A DNA stretch of 56,353 bases, from assembly GCA_045640845.1 (NCBI GenBank), contig JAZUFV010000079.1:1-56353 (forward strand), read 5' to 3'. The DNA comes from Lachnospiraceae bacterium (GTDB taxonomy: Bacteria; Bacillota; Clostridia; Lachnospirales; Lachnospiraceae). The translations under genes and the position numbers were made by a program. Below the pieces are notes generated by a model. The model was given only the letters and a program-made list of their open reading frames with translations, did not search any database and was not told the origin of the DNA. Of this stretch, positions 16,807 through 26,616 are shown in pieces; the stretch's first letter is position 1; each line of letters starts with the position of its first letter.

Positions 16807-17766
16807 ATGCCAGATATAGCTATTCTTTATCAGACAAACAGCGCAACACCAATGGTAATTACCGAGCGACACTTGAATATGATAAGGGAGCATAATTCCA
16901 ACGGTGATGTAAGAGTATTTTCAACGGAAAAAGAACTGATAGACAGTGGATTTGATGCTGAAGTTTTGGTTGCTTGGGGTCGTCTGCATCCAAACGATTA
17001 TTGTAACAGTTGTTCAAATCTTTCATGGATACAAGCGATTTCTGCAGGGATAGAGGGTCTGACATCACTTGATGCAGCTAAAAGAGGGGTCCCTGTCACA
17101 AAAATTTCAGGTGTTCACGGCATCCCAATGGCACAGACAACTCTCTGCTACATTCTGTCATTTTTGCGGGGAATGCCACAAATATATGCAAATCAGAGAA
17201 AACACATCTGGCAAAAACCATCTGCGCCGGAACCGGAAGAGACTATTGAAAAAACGGTAGCAATAGTAGGTATGGGCGACATAGGCAGCCGGGTTGCAGC
17301 GCTGTGCAAAATGCTTGGTATGAAAGTGATTGGATGCAAGCGGCATGTAACACAGATGGAAAACGTGGATGAAATGTATTCCACAAATGAGTTAGAAAAA
17401 GTACTTAACCTGGCGGATTTTGTGGTTTGCCTGGTTCCGCATACCCCACAGTCGGAAAAAATGTTCGGAGCAAAAGAGTTTGCCAGCATGAAGCGAACAG
17501 GGGTTTTCATCAATATAGGGCGCGGAGCAGTTGTAGATACCGACGCTTTGACCGAAGCTTTGAAGAAGGGAATCATAGCAGGAGCCGCACTTGATGCAGT
17601 CGATCCGGAACCGCTTCCAAAGGACAGTCCTTTGTGGGATATGGAAAATGTGATAATTACTCCTCACTGTGCTGCGGATTCACCGTATTATTTCGATAGG
17701 ATAATACCTATTGTTTGTGAGAACTTGGACAGATATCAGGATGGCAGGGAATTATTGTACAAGTAA
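16807..17766 (+). CDS. D-isomer-specific 2-hydroxyacid dehydrogenase family protein
   Basis: NAD fold VAIVGMGDIGSRVA, plus catalytic-region motifs INIGRGAVVD and ITPHCA. Confidence 0.9.
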   Translation: MPDIAILYQTNSATPMVITERHLNMIREHNSNGDVRVFSTEKELIDSGFDAEVLVAWGRLHPNDYCNSCSNLSWIQAISAGIEGLTSLDAAKRGVPVTKISGVHGIPMAQTTLCYILSFLRGMPQIYANQRKHIWQKPSAPEPEETIEKTVAIVGMGDIGSRVAALCKMLGMKVIGCKRHVTQMENVDEMYSTNELEKVLNLADFVVCLVPHTPQSEKMFGAKEFASMKRTGVFINIGRGAVVDTDALTEALKKGIIAGAALDAVDPEPLPKDSPLWDMENVIITPHCAADSPYYFDRIIPIVCENLDRYQDGRELLYK

Positions 17767-17813
17767 ACTTTTTGACGCCCCACTCATGAGGTGCCGGGTA
17801 AGGAGATAAAATA

Positions 17814-19781
17814 ATGAAGGAAATGTTTTCAAATTTATTTTCACCAATAAAAATCAATTCGGTTATTCTTAAAAACCGTATCATTGCATCACCATCTTCG
17901 CAAGGCGATATTAATCATGACGGAACGCTGAACGAACACAATATCGCATATTACGCACGCAAAGCGCAGGGCGGTGCAGCCATGGTAGTTATAGGAGACG
18001 GAATTGTTCATCCGACAGGGCAGGACCACCCTTATCAGGTTTATCTTTATAGCGATGATTGTCTGCCAAGCATAACAAGAGCGGCGGAAGAAATACATAA
18101 ATATGGATGCCTTTGTTCATATGAATTAAGTCATGGAGGAATAGTATGTAATCCGGAATTTATAAATGGTGAGGCACCGTACGGACCGTCGGCAATTCCG
18201 CTTTCGATAGGTTTCCAGACGAAGGAATCTATTTCTATCACTTCTCAGGAAATGACAGTTGAATTTATGGAAGAAATAGCCGATTCGTATGCCAGGGCGG
18301 CGGCAAGATGTAAACTGGCCGGGTTTGATATGGTAATGGTACATGCAGCGCATGGATGGCTTATAGGTCAGTTCTTTTCACCACTTATCAATAAGAGAAT
18401 AGATGAGTACGGAGGCAGCCTGGAAAACCGATGCCGTTTTGCTATCATGGTATTAAAAAAAGTCCGGGAAGCAGTAGGACCACGTTTTCCGATTGATTTC
18501 AGGATAAATGGAATTGATGGAGCGGAAGGCGGATTGACACTGGAAGAGTCTGTTCAAATCTGTAAAATACTCGAGCCTTACGTTGATGCATTCCATGTTT
18601 CGGCTACACTGCATATGTTCCCTGAGCTTCAGGATCTTATGCAGTCTCCGATATTTACAAAAAGAGGACATCTTCTTGATCTGGCTGCGGCAATAAAGAA
18701 AGAAGTCAGTGTTCCGGTCACAACAGTCGGTGGTTTTTCTGATCCTGTTATGATGGAAGAAGCCATTGCCCAAGGTAAGGCAGACCTGGTGGCACTCGGA
18801 AGGCAGATGCTGGCCGATCCCGACTTGCCAAACAAAGCTCATGACGGAACACCTGAGCTTATTGTTCCTTGCCAGAGATGCGCCACCTGCCAATCAGGCA
18901 GGTTCACCAGACAGACCGCAAGATGTGCAGTGAATCCGGAGATAGGAAGAGAGTATGAGCTTCAGTTCATGGTGCCGAAAGCTTATGAAAAGAAGAAGGT
19001 TCTTATTGCGGGCGGTGGGCCGGCAGGTATGGAAGCAGCCATTGTAGCAGCGTCAAGGGGGCACGATGTAACTCTTTATGAAAAATCAGACCGTTTTGGC
19101 GGAGCTCTTAATTTTGCAGAATATGTTCCGTTCAAAGAAGATCTTTTCAGGCTGGTTAAGGTTCTGGAAGCTAAAATATCAAGGCTGCCGATAAAGGTTA
19201 TTATGAATACGGCCCTTACCCCGGAGATAGCAGCTGAAGAAAAGGCAGATGTAATTTTGTCCGCCATAGGTGCAGACATGATTCTCCCACCTTTTCCCGG
19301 AAGCAATGGGGATAATGTTTATATGCCGGATGTTGCTGATAAGTTGGCAGATCGACTTCCGGGAAGTTCGGTTGCTGTTATCGGAGGCGGTCTGGTCGGT
19401 ATTGAATCAGCAATACATCAGGCCATGCTTGGTAAGCAGGTGACAATAATTGAGGCGCTGCCGGAGATAGCCCGGGATGCAAACATCCGCTATTCCAGAA
19501 CATATAACCTGAAGTTAAAGGAGTTGGGAATAAAGGTCCTTGTAAATACCAAATGCGCAGAAATTGATAAAGAAGGCGTTAAATGCATCGGCACTGACGG
19601 GAATGAGATATTTGTTTCAGCTGATGCGGTTATCGTTGCCATTGGTATGCGCTCAAGAGAAGCCGAATCTGAGGCTTTAAGAAACTGTGCACATACCTTC
19701 CGCGCAATAGGAAACTGTCAAAAAGTCGGAGTGGTCGCAGACAGCATGCGGGCAGGCTTTGATGCAGGAATGTTTATTTAA
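17814..19781 (+). CDS. OYE-like FMN oxidoreductase fused to an FAD/NAD(P)-binding domain (2-enoate reductase / 2,4-dienoyl-CoA reductase / BaiCD-BaiH family)
   Basis: HAAHGWLIGQFFSPLINKRIDEYGGSLENRCRF, the 4Fe-4S motif CQRCATCQSG...C, then VLIAGGGPAGMEAA and VAVIGGGLVGIE dinucleotide folds. Confidence 0.9.
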   Translation: MKEMFSNLFSPIKINSVILKNRIIASPSSQGDINHDGTLNEHNIAYYARKAQGGAAMVVIGDGIVHPTGQDHPYQVYLYSDDCLPSITRAAEEIHKYGCLCSYELSHGGIVCNPEFINGEAPYGPSAIPLSIGFQTKESISITSQEMTVEFMEEIADSYARAAARCKLAGFDMVMVHAAHGWLIGQFFSPLINKRIDEYGGSLENRCRFAIMVLKKVREAVGPRFPIDFRINGIDGAEGGLTLEESVQICKILEPYVDAFHVSATLHMFPELQDLMQSPIFTKRGHLLDLAAAIKKEVSVPVTTVGGFSDPVMMEEAIAQGKADLVALGRQMLADPDLPNKAHDGTPELIVPCQRCATCQSGRFTRQTARCAVNPEIGREYELQFMVPKAYEKKKVLIAGGGPAGMEAAIVAASRGHDVTLYEKSDRFGGALNFAEYVPFKEDLFRLVKVLEAKISRLPIKVIMNTALTPEIAAEEKADVILSAIGADMILPPFPGSNGDNVYMPDVADKLADRLPGSSVAVIGGGLVGIESAIHQAMLGKQVTIIEALPEIARDANIRYSRTYNLKLKELGIKVLVNTKCAEIDKEGVKCIGTDGNEIFVSADAVIVAIGMRSREAESEALRNCAHTFRAIGNCQKVGVVADSMRAGFDAGMFI

Positions 19782-19785
19782 CCGG

Positions 19786-19801
19786 AAAAATTGTGAAATT
19801 G
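19786..19801. repeat. AAAAATTGTGAAATTG box (solo copy)
   Basis: Identical to the 16-mer at 12018..12033. It is followed by caaaacaaaagtg, which resembles the arm of the palindromic element. Confidence 0.6.
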
Positions 19802-19814
19802 AGTCAAAACAAAA

Positions 19815-19852
19815 GTGCCGCAGCCAGAATCCTCCGACTGCGGCGCTTTTTT
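19815..19852. terminator. Bidirectional terminator between convergent genes
   Basis: gccgcag / ctgcggc stem, with TTTTTT on the plus side and TTTTGTTTT on the minus side. Confidence 0.65.
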
Positions 19853-19857
19853 ATACA

Positions 19858-22800
19858 TTAATTCTTACGTCTGCGAAGCAGATAGGTGATGAAGCCTGTG
19901 CTGAGCAGCAGAAGCACCAGGTATATTGGTAAACCGCTGTCATCACCTGTTCCCACATCCTCCGTTTCAGGTTCAGCCTCACCTGACGGCTCGTATTCAC
20001 CGGATGTTCCGGGTTCGCCGGATGTTCCGGATTCGCCAGTTGTCTCTTCCCCGCCGGAGGTTTCATCTTCAGAAGTCTCCTCTTCAGAAGTCTCCTCCGC
20101 AGGAACAGGTTCTGCGTCAAACAGGGCGCAGAACGTGGCAGTCTTTCCGTCCCCGGAAATTGTAACGCTGCACGGCTGTCCGTTAAGCTCTGCTGCCATC
20201 TTCTCATCAAAAACGAATCCGTCATCAGCATGTATCACCATCTGCGCACAGTAGACACCGTTCTCTTTGGCCTCGGTGACATCCTTGCCGTCAAATGTCC
20301 AGCTTACCGGAGGCTCGGATTCTTTTATTCCCTGCTCGTCCGATCTGGCTTTTTCAGAAAGCATCCAGTCAGGAGCTTCAGGAGCATCAAGGAATGCAGT
20401 CAGCTTGTTGATCACCTTTTCATATTCTGCAGTCAGGGTTACATCAGCCTCAGGCATGAGGAAACCAGCCTCTTCGCCCTCAGGAGAAATCACGCCATTG
20501 CTTTCGCTCCATCCGGAGAACCTGTATCCGTCCTTTTCATCGGCGATCACCTGTACAGAGGTGCCGACCGGGATGTTTGTTCCCGAAGGAATGTCCTTTC
20601 CGCTGTCCGCATAAACAGCCTTTCCGTTTATGACAGTAAGCATAAAGGTTTTTGCTTCCGTTTCTGAGAATGTATGGAATACGGTAATGCTTCCGTCATC
20701 GTTCTTACGGATATCATCGGCCGTCTTTTCCTCGCCGTTTACCGTGATCTTCACGTCATCGGCAAAGGAGAAGCCCTCGCCGGCTGCATCTATTGTGAAC
20801 TCGCCGCGGTAGATCCTTGAATAATCAGCTTTCCCCGAAGCATCAAAAGGATTTCCCGCATCAGTTACATCAGTATATTTAATGCAGCTTCCCGGTGTTC
20901 CTTCCACCTCAACATTCTCCGGTGTTCCTTTGAGGATCTCAACATCACCAGGAAGGTCTTGCGCTGCAGACGGGTTTTCCAGAATGAAGTCAGCCACATC
21001 CACCGTGAAGTTTGCCACAAACTTAAGGTTATTGGCCGGCATATGGAATGATGCGTAATTATCATTCAGTCCACCCGAAATGAAGGTTACTTCATTGTCT
21101 GCCGTAAAGCCGGTGTATGAAGTATTTTCTTCAGGGTCATTTGCCCTTATTCCGACCACGGCTGTGTCGTCGTGCCTGTAGCTTCCGCTGCCAATGCCGT
21201 TTACAACAGTAAGTGTATATTCAGTGAGATCAGGCATTTCAATTGTATAGTCAAACCTTACGGCTTCACTTGCCTTTTCACCCTTTATGGCGGCTGCCCA
21301 CAGGCTGTACTCTTTGGTTTCGCCTGTTGTGCCCTTAAGCTCTATAGGAGTTTCATCAGAATATTCGCTGCCGTCTGATATGATTTCAGCAGCAGACGGC
21401 TCAGTGGTTCCGTCATTAATTATGTAATATATCTTTGCGCCTTCTGTCACGCAGTTAAGACTTGGAATGGCCGTATTGTCATATTTTCCCGGAAGGTCTC
21501 CCGTAACATAAGGAGCCGCGGTTTCATCTTCAGGCACGGTGCTTATTTTAACGTTTATATTTTTGCTCACACCATCCGCATAAAGCAGATATTCATCTGA
21601 ATAAAAGCCGAGTATATCATCCTCTGTCAGATATGCAGTATCAATCTGCCCTTCAACGGTGAATTCCTGAGGCACGGTTTTTTCATTCGGATCATAACCT
21701 GCCAGACCGTCCCAGTTCCAGCTGATATCCACAGGATAACTATGGCCGTCATCCACAAATATCCATGTGCTCTGACGAACCATTGCCTTTATTTCAGGTA
21801 CCGTATGGCCGGATTCGATTCCGATCACATCAGGAACATCATTTACATCAGTAATATATGCAGGCCCCGTCCTTAAGGTGCATTCGGCAAGCGCACTGCC
21901 GTCATCCATAACGGTAACGCTGCATTCTTCGCCGTTCAGAGTAATCTTTGAATCCTCCGCGAAATAGTATCCGTCCTCAGGATTAAGAACGAATGAGAAT
22001 TCATAAGGGTATCCGAAAATCGCAGGGTTATCAAGCCACATCTCTTCATGAGGCGTTTCAACCGATGTTTCCTTTACGCCTTCGCCGTTTACTGCGGCTG
22101 ATGTAGGCATCAGCTTTGCTCCTGCGAATGTTGAAGTAAACTCAGCACTGATATCGGTTATCTTCTTAAGGTTTCCAAGGACGGCCTTCACAGTGATATC
22201 GGCATCAGGCATCTCGATAAATGCCGTATGTGCATCATCCTCGTAAATAGTAAGGTCATCTTCGTCTATGCCGCTTACTTCCCACTTTACAAAGTACTTT
22301 CCGTCAGGGATCACAGGGGTGAGCCTGATGAAGTCTTTAAGGAATACGTTGTAGGTTCCGTCATGCTGATCAGTTATCTCGCCGCCGTCAGGATAATCAG
22401 CCACGGCATTTTCTACGGTAAGTATGTGCTGGACTGTTTCGGTTACCGGCGCAAGCACCACATCTGAGTCAGGCATTGTAAATGTAAGGGATATAACATC
22501 ACCGTTAGGAGCCTTTAATACTTCAGGGTTTGTTTCATCAGGGTCTTCGCCGCTTACTATCTTTATATCCACGAGCCTTGTTCCGCGCGTCAGATTATCA
22601 GGAAGGATATTCACCTCATCGCGGTAGTTGAAAACAGTATCTCCTGAGTTTGTCTTGATGGCATCGCCGGTCCAGGATACTTCATATTCCGTGTCCTCGC
22701 TGTGCGCGGTAAGATAAGCATCTCCCTTAGGCATTGTAAACAGATAATCGCCGGTCGTGCTGTAATATTCCGGCAGCGTCGAAGCATCTTCCGAAAGCCC

Positions 22801-25800
22801 TCTTGTTACATTGCCGTAGGCATCCATGGTCTCGGCAAGCGGATAGTAATAACCGTCCCAGTAAGTATGCGAGAGGCCGCGTACCTTGGCATCCTTGATA
22901 GTAATGGTCTCGCCTTCCGAAAGCTGATATTCATGAACTCCCCGGGCGGTATTTCTTACCGTAAGGGTGTACTTGGCCTTTGTATATACAGGAACAAGCG
23001 TGATGTTGTCCTTTATCTTTTCAAGAACTATCGTTTCGCCCTTGAATCCGTCGGCCTTGACATAGTCTTTCTCATATTTTTCAGTAGAAGGATTGTAAGA
23101 AGTTTCCACCGCAATGTACTGGTCGAATTTCTTTCCTGTATCGGTGTAATAAACCTCCCAATGGTCAAACACGCCGTCATCCGAAATTTCGGAAGGATAT
23201 GAAGGCGCCTTTATCCAGGCTCTTCCCGCATCCTTCGACCTCTTTTCGTAAATGTGCTTTACAGGATAGAAGTTTGAAGCTTTTTTAAATGCGATGTCGG
23301 CATACTCCGGATCGATGTAGATCTGCTTCCATGCAGGGGTCTGCTCAGATGGAGCAGTCCCGTTAGGACTTGCCCATGAGCCCGTAAATGTGAGAGTGAC
23401 AAGGTCTGTCTTGTCTCCGAATACTGCATGGATCTCCACTCCGCCTTCAGGCATGGTGAAGGTCAGCTTGTATCCGTCCTCGGTTTTTTCACTTATATTG
23501 CTTCCGTTTATTGTCCATCCGCGGAATTCTTTTCCAGCCACAAGGTCACCTTCTTTTATGGTGATGGAAACCTTGTCGCCCGGCTCCGCATCAATGGCCT
23601 TTGCTCCCGGACCGGAGGAGGAAGAACCCTTGGTAAGATTATCAAGGATCACAACAGCAGTTTTATCCTCATCATTTATCAGTATTGAGGAAGAAGAGCT
23701 CTTTTCATGCTGGTAAAGCACATCGGCATAAACCTTGCCTTCGGTCTGCTTGCCGCTGCATATGATATAGAGCGGCATTGAACTGTAGTACTGATCCCAG
23801 TCGGTGAAAAGTTCCTGATAAACGGTATAGTATCGCCCGGTTTTTTCATTTTCCACAGGGTTGCCGTCTATACCGTAATACGGAATTTCAAGCTGCTTAA
23901 GATATGTCCCTTCAGGAGGAGTTATTTCAAATTCATTGCGGGCGAAAACCGAAAGTGCATCAAGGCTGGCCTTCTTTCCGTCAGCAGTAACTTTGATGGT
24001 GCCGCCGGATATCTCTTCGTATTTTTCATTAACAAATACCGGGGTGAGCTTGATTGTTTTTTCCAGAACAGCAAGGCTTCTGTTGTTCTTATCCGGAACA
24101 AGCCTGATGACATCGTCATAGGCGGCATTCATGAAAGAGCGCTCAAAGTCCTGCGAGACAGTCTGGGTTGCTGTTCCCTGGTTAAAGAATGTGTATTCGG
24201 TTTTGATTCCCTGCCTGCATCCTGTATCTTCCTTGCATACAATTTCAAACAGGAGGTCTGTCTGGTTCCAGCTGCCGTCAAGATTGGCAGTTATATAGAA
24301 CCGGCCTTCATCTATCCACGCGTTGCCCACGTAGTAGTAGCCGTCCAGAACAGAAAGGCCGTCTTTATCCACGGTGGCAATAACGGTTTCCTCGTAAGGC
24401 GAAGTGGTATCCTTCCTTTTTACCCTTACTTCGATGTTATCCAGAGACTCACCGTTCCTGGATGAAACGGTCAGCTGGTACTGCCCTTGCATGGTCTGAT
24501 AGAGATAGTCTCCTGCTCTCATGAACGCAAGCGTGTACTCCGGATAATGCGGCTCAAACAGGTCTGCCCCGTATGTGAGTCCGGTTGCCAGATGCTGGTA
24601 ATCATCTCTCATTCCGACTAAATACAGGCAGGTTACAAACCGCGCCAGACTGTAGGAATTTCTTTCAATTACATTGAGATCATAATCAGACAGGATATCG
24701 CTTATTTTCCGGTTCTTTTCAAGCTCTTCAACAACTCCGCGGATAACGTGGTCAAGTATCCTGGTTGCGGTATATCCGGCGTCAGTACCGAAATAGATTT
24801 TAAAGATATTGGAAATGAGGCTTGATATGGTATAGAAATCCAGCTGCTTTCCGGCAGCTCCTGCCAGGGCGTTTACGAAGCGTTCTGAATCATCTTTGCC
24901 CAGTCCCATGTAAGCCCCGACCAGTATTGTAAGCGAATCCTCAAGTTCATTTGAATATATGGACCTGGCCAGGTTTTCTTCCGGGACGTCATCGTAGCCA
25001 TCGAGGAATTTTTCCATCATCTTAAGACTGTCAACCAGGTAATCATTCATGAGGCTGTAGTCAAAGTCGGCAAGAGTATCGCCGAACGCAGTGTCTGAGG
25101 CATCGTCAAAATCAGGGCTTGAGAAAAAGGACAGGATAATTCCCAGAAGGCTGCTCTCTTTGACAGTAAATTCATGAAGAGCCTTCTTATTTTTCCATTT
25201 TTGGATCATACTGGAATCCACCTGACCCAGCTGAGCATAAAATGCGCTTTCCGTAATGCCGTAGGTCGGATCAATCTCTGTGCCGGCGTGCTTGAATCCT
25301 CCCAGTTTTGACGGAGCCACATAAGGCACCGGATCGATAGGATTCACTATACAGAACAGGTTTGATGTATCTGATGGCTGATATTCGGAATTGTTAGTAT
25401 ATCCCTGAGGAACTTCAAATCCGTAGACATAAATATCCTGAAGGGTAGTTCCGGCCTTATCAAGGCAGGCTTTCAGGTCAGATCTGCCGTCCTCTCCGAG
25501 GACTGCGCAGTTGAGGTATGCGCCTGTGAGATTTGCAGTTGCCGAAGCACGGCTGTATCCGGCAACAAGAATTTTTACGGGATGCTCGGTTGAAAAATCG
25601 TCTCCGTGAGCTTCCATGTAATCGACTATGCTCTGGATGGCAGCATCCCGGGCATAGCTGAAGCCCAAATGTTCACCCCGTGTGCCCACTCTTACATTGC
25701 CTGTCCACTCAGACGCATAGTTACCGCCTCTCAGCGCAACCATCATGACCGGCTGGGTGGTGCCGTCAGTGAGCTCAATCTCTTTTCTTCCGATGCAGAC

Positions 25801-26205
25801 ACCCATCGTGTCCGTTTCCGGCTTTTTCTTAAAGTCCTCGTTAGCTTCTATATCAATGCAGCCGACCTTTTTCATGAGGTCTTCTGTATTTTTGTAGCCG
25901 TATGAATAACCGACATTCTTCGATTCAAACGCAGACATCGCAAGGCAGAGGGCGAATGTGGCGAGAGAATGATGATAGGTGGTCGACTCGTTGGCAAAGA
26001 AGTCATCCCTGTATATGAAAGTGGTCGGACGGTCTATATCCTGCGGGAAATAGAATGTCCCGCTTATTTTATCGGTCGGAAAGACCGTAAACGGAGCGGG
26101 CGTCCTTGAGGCAGCGTATGCCTCGGATGAAGGAAACCTTACCGAAGTAAAGAGAATTATTCCGGCAAGAGCTATGATCCCTAATGTTTTAAGAAATTTT
26201 TTCAT
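19858..26205 (-). CDS. Giant (2115 aa) cell-surface protein: signal peptide, class-3-lipase-like domain, many Listeria-Bacteroides-type repeat domains, acidic linker, C-terminal TM anchor
   Basis: Signal peptide MKKFLKTLGIIALAGIILF...AYAAS. Then VKILVAGYSRASA (GxSxG-like) plus NPIDPVPYV, and recurring F-x-GW/HW/KW motifs (FRGWTING, FDHWEVYY, FVKWEVSG, YRFSGWSESNG). The C-terminus has an E/T/S/G-rich linker and LPIYLVLLLLSTGFITYLLRRRKN. Confidence 0.9.
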   Translation of the reverse strand: MKKFLKTLGIIALAGIILFTSVRFPSSEAYAASRTPAPFTVFPTDKISGTFYFPQDIDRPTTFIYRDDFFANESTTYHHSLATFALCLAMSAFESKNVGYSYGYKNTEDLMKKVGCIDIEANEDFKKKPETDTMGVCIGRKEIELTDGTTQPVMMVALRGGNYASEWTGNVRVGTRGEHLGFSYARDAAIQSIVDYMEAHGDDFSTEHPVKILVAGYSRASATANLTGAYLNCAVLGEDGRSDLKACLDKAGTTLQDIYVYGFEVPQGYTNNSEYQPSDTSNLFCIVNPIDPVPYVAPSKLGGFKHAGTEIDPTYGITESAFYAQLGQVDSSMIQKWKNKKALHEFTVKESSLLGIILSFFSSPDFDDASDTAFGDTLADFDYSLMNDYLVDSLKMMEKFLDGYDDVPEENLARSIYSNELEDSLTILVGAYMGLGKDDSERFVNALAGAAGKQLDFYTISSLISNIFKIYFGTDAGYTATRILDHVIRGVVEELEKNRKISDILSDYDLNVIERNSYSLARFVTCLYLVGMRDDYQHLATGLTYGADLFEPHYPEYTLAFMRAGDYLYQTMQGQYQLTVSSRNGESLDNIEVRVKRKDTTSPYEETVIATVDKDGLSVLDGYYYVGNAWIDEGRFYITANLDGSWNQTDLLFEIVCKEDTGCRQGIKTEYTFFNQGTATQTVSQDFERSFMNAAYDDVIRLVPDKNNRSLAVLEKTIKLTPVFVNEKYEEISGGTIKVTADGKKASLDALSVFARNEFEITPPEGTYLKQLEIPYYGIDGNPVENEKTGRYYTVYQELFTDWDQYYSSMPLYIICSGKQTEGKVYADVLYQHEKSSSSSILINDEDKTAVVILDNLTKGSSSSGPGAKAIDAEPGDKVSITIKEGDLVAGKEFRGWTINGSNISEKTEDGYKLTFTMPEGGVEIHAVFGDKTDLVTLTFTGSWASPNGTAPSEQTPAWKQIYIDPEYADIAFKKASNFYPVKHIYEKRSKDAGRAWIKAPSYPSEISDDGVFDHWEVYYTDTGKKFDQYIAVETSYNPSTEKYEKDYVKADGFKGETIVLEKIKDNITLVPVYTKAKYTLTVRNTARGVHEYQLSEGETITIKDAKVRGLSHTYWDGYYYPLAETMDAYGNVTRGLSEDASTLPEYYSTTGDYLFTMPKGDAYLTAHSEDTEYEVSWTGDAIKTNSGDTVFNYRDEVNILPDNLTRGTRLVDIKIVSGEDPDETNPEVLKAPNGDVISLTFTMPDSDVVLAPVTETVQHILTVENAVADYPDGGEITDQHDGTYNVFLKDFIRLTPVIPDGKYFVKWEVSGIDEDDLTIYEDDAHTAFIEMPDADITVKAVLGNLKKITDISAEFTSTFAGAKLMPTSAAVNGEGVKETSVETPHEEMWLDNPAIFGYPYEFSFVLNPEDGYYFAEDSKITLNGEECSVTVMDDGSALAECTLRTGPAYITDVNDVPDVIGIESGHTVPEIKAMVRQSTWIFVDDGHSYPVDISWNWDGLAGYDPNEKTVPQEFTVEGQIDTAYLTEDDILGFYSDEYLLYADGVSKNINVKISTVPEDETAAPYVTGDLPGKYDNTAIPSLNCVTEGAKIYYIINDGTTEPSAAEIISDGSEYSDETPIELKGTTGETKEYSLWAAAIKGEKASEAVRFDYTIEMPDLTEYTLTVVNGIGSGSYRHDDTAVVGIRANDPEENTSYTGFTADNEVTFISGGLNDNYASFHMPANNLKFVANFTVDVADFILENPSAAQDLPGDVEILKGTPENVEVEGTPGSCIKYTDVTDAGNPFDASGKADYSRIYRGEFTIDAAGEGFSFADDVKITVNGEEKTADDIRKNDDGSITVFHTFSETEAKTFMLTVINGKAVYADSGKDIPSGTNIPVGTSVQVIADEKDGYRFSGWSESNGVISPEGEEAGFLMPEADVTLTAEYEKVINKLTAFLDAPEAPDWMLSEKARSDEQGIKESEPPVSWTFDGKDVTEAKENGVYCAQMVIHADDGFVFDEKMAAELNGQPCSVTISGDGKTATFCALFDAEPVPAEETSEEETSEDETSGGEETTGESGTSGEPGTSGEYEPSGEAEPETEDVGTGDDSGLPIYLVLLLLSTGFITYLLRRRKN

Positions 26206-26616
26206 CTTTTATAAACCCTTTCATTGAACAACAGGTGCGGCATTTTTCGTACACCTATAAAACTTCATCAAAAAATAATCAATGCATATTGATATCCAAC
26301 TTATTATATTACCACAGTATATGGGGATGAAGAAAGATTTTCCAGAATTTGTTTGAGCGGCTTCGCATTCGTTAACCCGGAAGAAAGAAATCCCTACATC
26401 AATCTGCAGGGTTCCTTAAAGATAATTTATAGTAAACTTGGGAAATAAGAGCCAACTTGTTTTTCTAATTGCTGCTTTCCGAAAGAACTTGAAAAATCAA
26501 GGCTTTTTGTTCTTCTAAGGGACTGAACAGTGTTTTGATTAATATCTGTTTTTTCTTTTAAGTACAAAATCAAAAATATATAATAAAAGAAAAAATAATA
26601 ATGGCGGTGACAAAAT

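Noticed and set aside
19858-19990. Variant sortase signal in the giant protein (VGTGDDSG before the hydrophobic tail)
   Set aside because: It matches no LPXTG, SPXTG or NPQTN-type motif I know. I treat it as a plain C-terminal TM anchor unless a cognate sortase is shown.
19886-20254. Ser/Pro-rich + strand ORFs (19886..20254, 19926..20165) and many other 60-170-aa ORFs antisense to the giant surface-protein gene
   Set aside because: They lie entirely within the 2115-aa minus-strand ORF, have biased low-complexity composition, and lack RBSs. They are typical antisense artefacts of a long repetitive gene.
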